64,000 nucleotides of DNA from an uncultured Alphaproteobacteria bacterium (GTDB lineage: Bacteria > Pseudomonadota > Alphaproteobacteria > HIMB59 > GCA-002718135), in assembly GCA_902630465.1 (NCBI GenBank), contig CACOVJ010000001.1, positions 48,319 through 112,318 on the forward strand, read 5' to 3'. A model generated the notes under the pieces. The model saw nothing but the letters and a program-made list of their open reading frames with translations, was not told the origin of the DNA and did no database searches. How positions within the stretch are numbered: the stretch's first letter is position 1; each line of letters starts with the position of its first letter. Below, one piece after another: positions 59,523 to 64,000 of the stretch. Made by a program: the position numbers and the translations under genes.

Positions 59523-59978
59523 TTATTTAAAAGGGTATGTTCTTCTAAAAATTCTATTATAAATTATACCAAATAAAATTATTATAACAGAACCCGCTGC
59601 CAATGGCATGAGAATAAAACTTAGATTTTGATCACCTAGAATAACAATAAGAGGATTACCCCCTGCAGGTGGGTGGACTGTATTTGTAACCATCATAATA
59701 AAAATTGCCAGTCCAACTCCTAATCCAAGACAATAAATATTACTCCCAATTAAAGTAATTATAATTAATCCTGATAACCCTGATAAAACATGTCCAAAAA
59801 AAATATTTTTTGGTTGAGCTAAAGGACTTTCGTGAACTGACATAACTAAAACCAACGTAGCTCCAAATGGTGGTATTAACCAAATATAATCTTCATTAAA
59901 GCCGTTCAAAAAAGATAAAATTAAGATACATAAAAAACCACCAGAGGCTGCTATTAATGGATTTACTAATTTATTCAC
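59523..59978 (-). CDS. HPP family membrane protein
   Basis: PPFGAT.VL, SPLAQP.N..GH and HPPAG motifs; about 4-5 TM segments; no CBS domains. Confidence 0.9.
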   Translation of the reverse strand: MNKLVNPLIAASGGFLCILILSFLNGFNEDYIWLIPPFGATLVLVMSVHESPLAQPKNIFFGHVLSGLSGLIIITLIGSNIYCLGLGVGLAIFIMMVTNTVHPPAGGNPLIVILGDQNLSFILMPLAAGSVIIILFGIIYNRIFRRTYPFK

Positions 59979-59990
59979 TATGTTAATTTA

Positions 59991-61169
59991 CTATCTATTG
60001 TGAAAATAATTTTCTAATATTTGAAAATAAATTTTTTCTAACTCTATAACATCTTTAGTGTAAACAAATTCATCAACTTTGTGAAGTGATTGATTTCTAA
60101 TACCTAATTCAACAACTTCACAATAATTCTTAATATACCTTGCATCTGACGTACCTCCATCAGTGGCGTGTTCAGGCTTACTATTTTTTCCAGTTACATC
60201 TGAAACAGATTTTGCAATCAAATCGCACATATAACCTGGTTGATTTAAAAAAGACTCTGCTGTTGAATCGTATGTAAACTGGCAACTAGCATTTTTAACA
60301 TTATTAAAAATATTGTTTATTTTCTCTTCCATCCAATTTATCAGACTATCTGAAGAATGCATGTCGTTAAAACGTATGTTAACTGTTGCTTTAGCTAATT
60401 CAGGAATAATATTTGGTACAGGATTTCCAATATCAAAGGTTGCAATTTGTACAGATGAAGCTAAAAAATTTTCATTTCCGTTGTCTAAAGGATTATCAAG
60501 AATATTGTTTAATAATTTTATTAGGTGATGAGATGCATTTTCTGCAAGATGCGCATTTGCTGTATGCCCTTGAATACCCTTTACTTGAATATAGAAACTG
60601 ATTGCTCCTCTTCTTCCTATTTTGATCTTATCTCCAACCTCTTTGTTAGAAGTTGGTTCACCTACAAGACAATGATCAAATTTATAATTTTTTTTGCTTG
60701 CCCATTCTAAAATTTTTGGAGTACCATTAACTGAATCTCTTTCTTCATCACCAGTTATTATAAATGATAATTTTCCAGGAATTTTTTTATATTTTTCAAC
60801 AAATCTTTTTGTTGCACTGATGAAACATGCAACACTACTTTTCATATCTTCACTTCCTCTGCCATATAATTTATCACCATCAATTGTTCCAGAAAAAGGT
60901 GGAAATTTCCAAGAATCTTCATTTCCAACTGGAACAACATCTGTATGTCCGGCATAAGCAAAATGTTTTCCCTCATTTCCAATTGTTGCGAACACATTAT
61001 TAACATCATAAGAATTACTTCCTGAGAATTTCAATGGATAACAATTAAAACCCATTTCATTTAAATGCTTAGTAACAATTTGTAATGCTCCATCATCTTT
61101 TGGAGTAACACTTGCACATTGAACTAAAGACTGGGTAAGTTTTATTGGATCAAAATTAATTTCTGTCAT
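59991..61169 (-). CDS. dapE: Succinyl-diaminopimelate desuccinylase
   Basis: SVTP, AGHTDVVP, GRGSEDMK, GDEE, VGEPT, GRRG and GGTSDAR motifs; follows dapD. Confidence 0.94.
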   Translation of the reverse strand: MTEINFDPIKLTQSLVQCASVTPKDDGALQIVTKHLNEMGFNCYPLKFSGSNSYDVNNVFATIGNEGKHFAYAGHTDVVPVGNEDSWKFPPFSGTIDGDKLYGRGSEDMKSSVACFISATKRFVEKYKKIPGKLSFIITGDEERDSVNGTPKILEWASKKNYKFDHCLVGEPTSNKEVGDKIKIGRRGAISFYIQVKGIQGHTANAHLAENASHHLIKLLNNILDNPLDNGNENFLASSVQIATFDIGNPVPNIIPELAKATVNIRFNDMHSSDSLINWMEEKINNIFNNVKNASCQFTYDSTAESFLNQPGYMCDLIAKSVSDVTGKNSKPEHATDGGTSDARYIKNYCEVVELGIRNQSLHKVDEFVYTKDVIELEKIYFQILENYFHNR

Positions 61170-61996
61170 TAATCTCTTAACAAATCATTAATTGAAGTTT
61201 TGCTTCGAGTTTTTTCATCTACTTTTTTTACTATTACTGCACAGTATAATGAAGGATTCAAAGTATCATCAGTCTTTTTTCCTGGAAGAGCACCTGGGAC
61301 GACAACTGCATAAGGTGGGACTTTTCCCATATGAATTTCACCTGTTTCACGATCAATTATTTTTGTTGAAGCACCAATAAATACACCCATTGATAGCACT
61401 GCACCTTCTCCTACAACAACACCTTCAGCTATCTCACTCCTTGCCCCAACGAAACAATTATCTTCAATTATAACTGGATTAGCTTGTAATGGCTCAAGAA
61501 CACCACCAATACCTGCTCCTCCAGAAATATGACAGTTCTTTCCAATTTGTGCACAAGAACCAACTGTTGCCCAAGTATCAATCATTGTACCTTCATCAAC
61601 ATATGCGCCTAAATTTACAAAAGAAGGCATTAATATTACACCTTTTGCAATAAACGCAGATTTTCTTACTACTGCATCAGGAACATATCTAAACCCAGCT
61701 TTTAAGTGATCCTCTTTAGTCCAGTTTGTAGTTTTGCTATCTACCTTATCAAACCAAGTAGCATGAGAGGCTTTAACAATTTCATTGTCGTTTAGTTTGA
61801 AACTTAGTAAAATTGCTTTTTTTATCCACTGATTAACAATCCATTCATTATTTAATTTTTCACAAACTCTAATTGCACCGCTGTCTAACTGATTAAGAGT
61901 ATTATTTACTGCATCACGTATTTCACCACTGGTGTTTACATTAATATTTTCTCTATCCTCAAATGCCTTATTGATTATATTTTCTAGATTATTCAT
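61169..61996 (-). CDS. dapD: Tetrahydrodipicolinate N-succinyltransferase
   Basis: [33 protein letters not shown] and [10 protein letters not shown] motifs. Confidence 0.97.
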   Translation of the reverse strand: MNNLENIINKAFEDRENINVNTSGEIRDAVNNTLNQLDSGAIRVCEKLNNEWIVNQWIKKAILLSFKLNDNEIVKASHATWFDKVDSKTTNWTKEDHLKAGFRYVPDAVVRKSAFIAKGVILMPSFVNLGAYVDEGTMIDTWATVGSCAQIGKNCHISGGAGIGGVLEPLQANPVIIEDNCFVGARSEIAEGVVVGEGAVLSMGVFIGASTKIIDRETGEIHMGKVPPYAVVVPGALPGKKTDDTLNPSLYCAVIVKKVDEKTRSKTSINDLLRD

Positions 61997-62667
61997 ATTT
62001 TTCCTTCATTTACATCTTTTAAAAATAAACTCAAATCTCTTGTTTGAAAATCAAGATATTTTTTTGAAGCTTGAATATCATCACTAAAATTTTCGTAACC
62101 TGCATCAATCCAAACTGAGGTAAATTTAACTTTTTTAGCTGGAACAAGGTTTTTTGCTATATCGTCAAACATAGCTGAAGTTTTTGGTTCAATATCAAAT
62201 AAATTAATTATTTGTTCATATGGTTTCAATTCAGGTTTAGGAATGTAGTTTGCCATTTTAATATCAAATATTTCATCAAAAAAATTAGACAAACCTATTC
62301 TTTCTAGAACATCTATCGTATGTTTTTTGTTTGCATTTGTGTAAATAATTTTTCTTCCCTCAAGTTTTTGCAACTCTTGATTAAGTATTTTGTTAGAGCT
62401 GACAATTGAGTAGTCCAATCTATGAACTTCATCTAAAAAATAGTCTGGATCTATTCCATGATTATCCATTAATCCTCTTAAAGTTGTTCCATGTTGCTTA
62501 TAATATTTAGCTTGTAGTTTTTTGGCATTAGGCATATCCATATTCAAATTTTTTGAAATAAATTCACCCATTAGTTTATGAACTTGTTGGAAAATTCCAC
62601 TATCAGCTGAATATAAAGTATTATCTAAATCAAAAATCCATGTATTTATATTTTCTTTAAATTTCAT
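61993..62667 (-). CDS. Pyrimidine 5'-nucleotidase (HAD superfamily)
   Basis: [23 protein letters not shown] and FDDIAKNL motifs; argB-nucleotidase-dapD synteny. Confidence 0.88.
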   Translation of the reverse strand: MKFKENINTWIFDLDNTLYSADSGIFQQVHKLMGEFISKNLNMDMPNAKKLQAKYYKQHGTTLRGLMDNHGIDPDYFLDEVHRLDYSIVSSNKILNQELQKLEGRKIIYTNANKKHTIDVLERIGLSNFFDEIFDIKMANYIPKPELKPYEQIINLFDIEPKTSAMFDDIAKNLVPAKKVKFTSVWIDAGYENFSDDIQASKKYLDFQTRDLSLFLKDVNEGKI

Positions 62668-63580
62668 ACTCTGATACTATTTGTGTGCCAATACCATGTT
62701 CAGTGAATAATTCCAATATAACTGAGTGAGGAATTCTACCATCTAGTATTGTTGATTTTTTTACACCTTGCTCCATTGCATCAATGCAAGTTTTGATTTT
62801 AGGTTGCATACCTCCAGAAATAAAATTTTTAGTTATTATTTTTTTTGCATCACTCAAACTTAAAGTTGATATTAGTTTTTCATTATCGTCTAATATTCCA
62901 GATACATCAGTAAGTAATAATAATTTACTTGCCTTAAGTTTACCTGCAATAAATCCAGCAACAGTATCTGCATTTATATTATAAATAAAATTTTCCTTGT
63001 CTATACCTAGAGGAGCAATTACAGGGATTTCACCATTTTCAATATGATTTAATATAATTTGACTTTTCAAGTCTGTTGGCTTTCCAACAAACCCTATATC
63101 AATAATTTTCTCTATATTAGAATCACTTTCTTTTATTTCTACATTCAATTTTGTTGCAGTTATTAAATTATTGATATTCCCTGACATTCCTATTGCTCTG
63201 CCTCCAGTAGATGAGATTGAGCTTACAATTTCAGAATTGATATCTTTTGACAAAACCTCTTCAACTATTTTTATTGTTTCAATATCAGTTACTCTTAGAC
63301 CTTCTATAAATTTAGAATCAATATTTTTATTTTTTAGCCTTTCACCAATTTGAGGACCTCCGCCGTGGACAATTATAGGTAAGATCCCAATTTCTTTTAA
63401 AAGACCTATATCTTTTGCGAAACTAGAAGAAAGTTTTTTATCTCCCATAGCATGTCCTCCATATTTTATAACAATTATATCACCACTGTGTTGGCGTATA
63501 TAAGGAAGTGCCTCAACAAGTGTAGATGCTTTATGTATAAAATAGGCCTGGTCGCTTTCAGATAAGAAATCAAATTTCAT
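62657..63580 (-). CDS. argB: Acetylglutamate kinase
   Basis: EALPYI, IKYGGHAM, VHGGGPQI, GLRVTD, NINAD and LLTDV motifs. Confidence 0.96.
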   Translation of the reverse strand: MKFDFLSESDQAYFIHKASTLVEALPYIRQHSGDIIVIKYGGHAMGDKKLSSSFAKDIGLLKEIGILPIIVHGGGPQIGERLKNKNIDSKFIEGLRVTDIETIKIVEEVLSKDINSEIVSSISSTGGRAIGMSGNINNLITATKLNVEIKESDSNIEKIIDIGFVGKPTDLKSQIILNHIENGEIPVIAPLGIDKENFIYNINADTVAGFIAGKLKASKLLLLTDVSGILDDNEKLISTLSLSDAKKIITKNFISGGMQPKIKTCIDAMEQGVKKSTILDGRIPHSVILELFTEHGIGTQIVSEYEI

Positions 63581-63588
63581 TGTAATTA

Positions 63589-64000
63589 TTATAATCCGTA
63601 TATTGTTTTTTGTATTTTGTTGATACCATTATTTTTTTTTGTTTCAGACAAATAAATATCTTTAAACGTTTTTCTATAATTTCTCATAAGACTCAGTACA
63701 GAATTTTTTTGTAAATCTGCTTGATTGATTGATATTTTATCTATTTTTGTTAAAATTACTGAAAAGTTTCTCGAACAATTATTTAGAAAATCTAACATGT
63801 CAATATCAGAATTTTTAATACCAACCTTCGAGTCAATTAATAGAAAAACATGATCTAATTCTGTTCTATATTCAATATAATTTTCAATTAATGCGATTAA
63901 GTTTTCTCTCATAACTTTTGATACTTTAGCAAATCCATATCCAGGTAAATCAATAATATTTATTTTATTATTAACTTCAAAAACATTTATAGATTGAGTT
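63589..64000 (-). CDS. engB: Ribosome biogenesis GTPase YihA/YsxC (EngB), C-terminal part; 5' end outside the window
   Basis: The frame continues upstream of the track's Met as IIDLPGYGFAK (G3), followed by LIDS and LTKIDK (G4). Confidence 0.92.
   Translation of the reverse strand, partial: TQSINVFEVNNKINIIDLPGYGFAKVSKVMRENLIALIENYIEYRTELDHVFLLIDSKVGIKNSDIDMLDFLNNCSRNFSVILTKIDKISINQADLQKNSVLSLMRNYRKTFKDIYLSETKKNNGINKIQKTIYGL

Noticed and set aside
981..63353. Many 60-125 aa ORFs antisense to or nested in core genes (for example 981-1280, 3885-4256, 4860-5222, 18269-18472, 53864-54163)
   Set aside because: They are shadows of well-supported genes, carry no recognisable motifs and have the Ile/Phe/Ser-rich composition of reverse frames.

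Overview
A 64-kb window from a very AT-rich, tightly packed (streamlined) alphaproteobacterial chromosome. Gene content and order resemble marine SAR11/HIMB59/'MarineAlpha'-type lineages, but the taxon cannot be fixed from this window alone. Most of it is core genome: rnd-kdsD-lptC-lptA-lptB-aroA-cmk-rpsA, gltDB, infC-rpmI-rplT-pheST-lepA, yejABEF, cycM, kdsB-pheA, ffs-dnaX-ybaB-recR-def-fmt-truA and engB-argB-dapD-dapE. Two accessory blocks interrupt it. Block 1 (about 23.9-37.5 kb, around tRNA-Ser(GGA)) holds a surface-glycan tailoring cassette (PIG-B/Alg9-like GT-C membrane glycosyltransferase, UDP-xylose synthase, DPM1-like GT2, OafA-type acyltransferase, sulfotransferase), a ThDP dehydrogenase E1alpha/E1beta pair with a free-standing lipoyl domain and a PfkB sugar kinase but no E2/E3, and two tandem TPR-methyltransferases, one with a recent internal 204-bp-period duplication. 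Block 2 (about 51-60 kb, between truA and dapE) includes an NAD-dependent formate dehydrogenase converging on an HPP-family membrane protein. I saw no CRISPR array, rRNA, transposase or integrase. All product calls come from motif recognition by eye; no searches were run.
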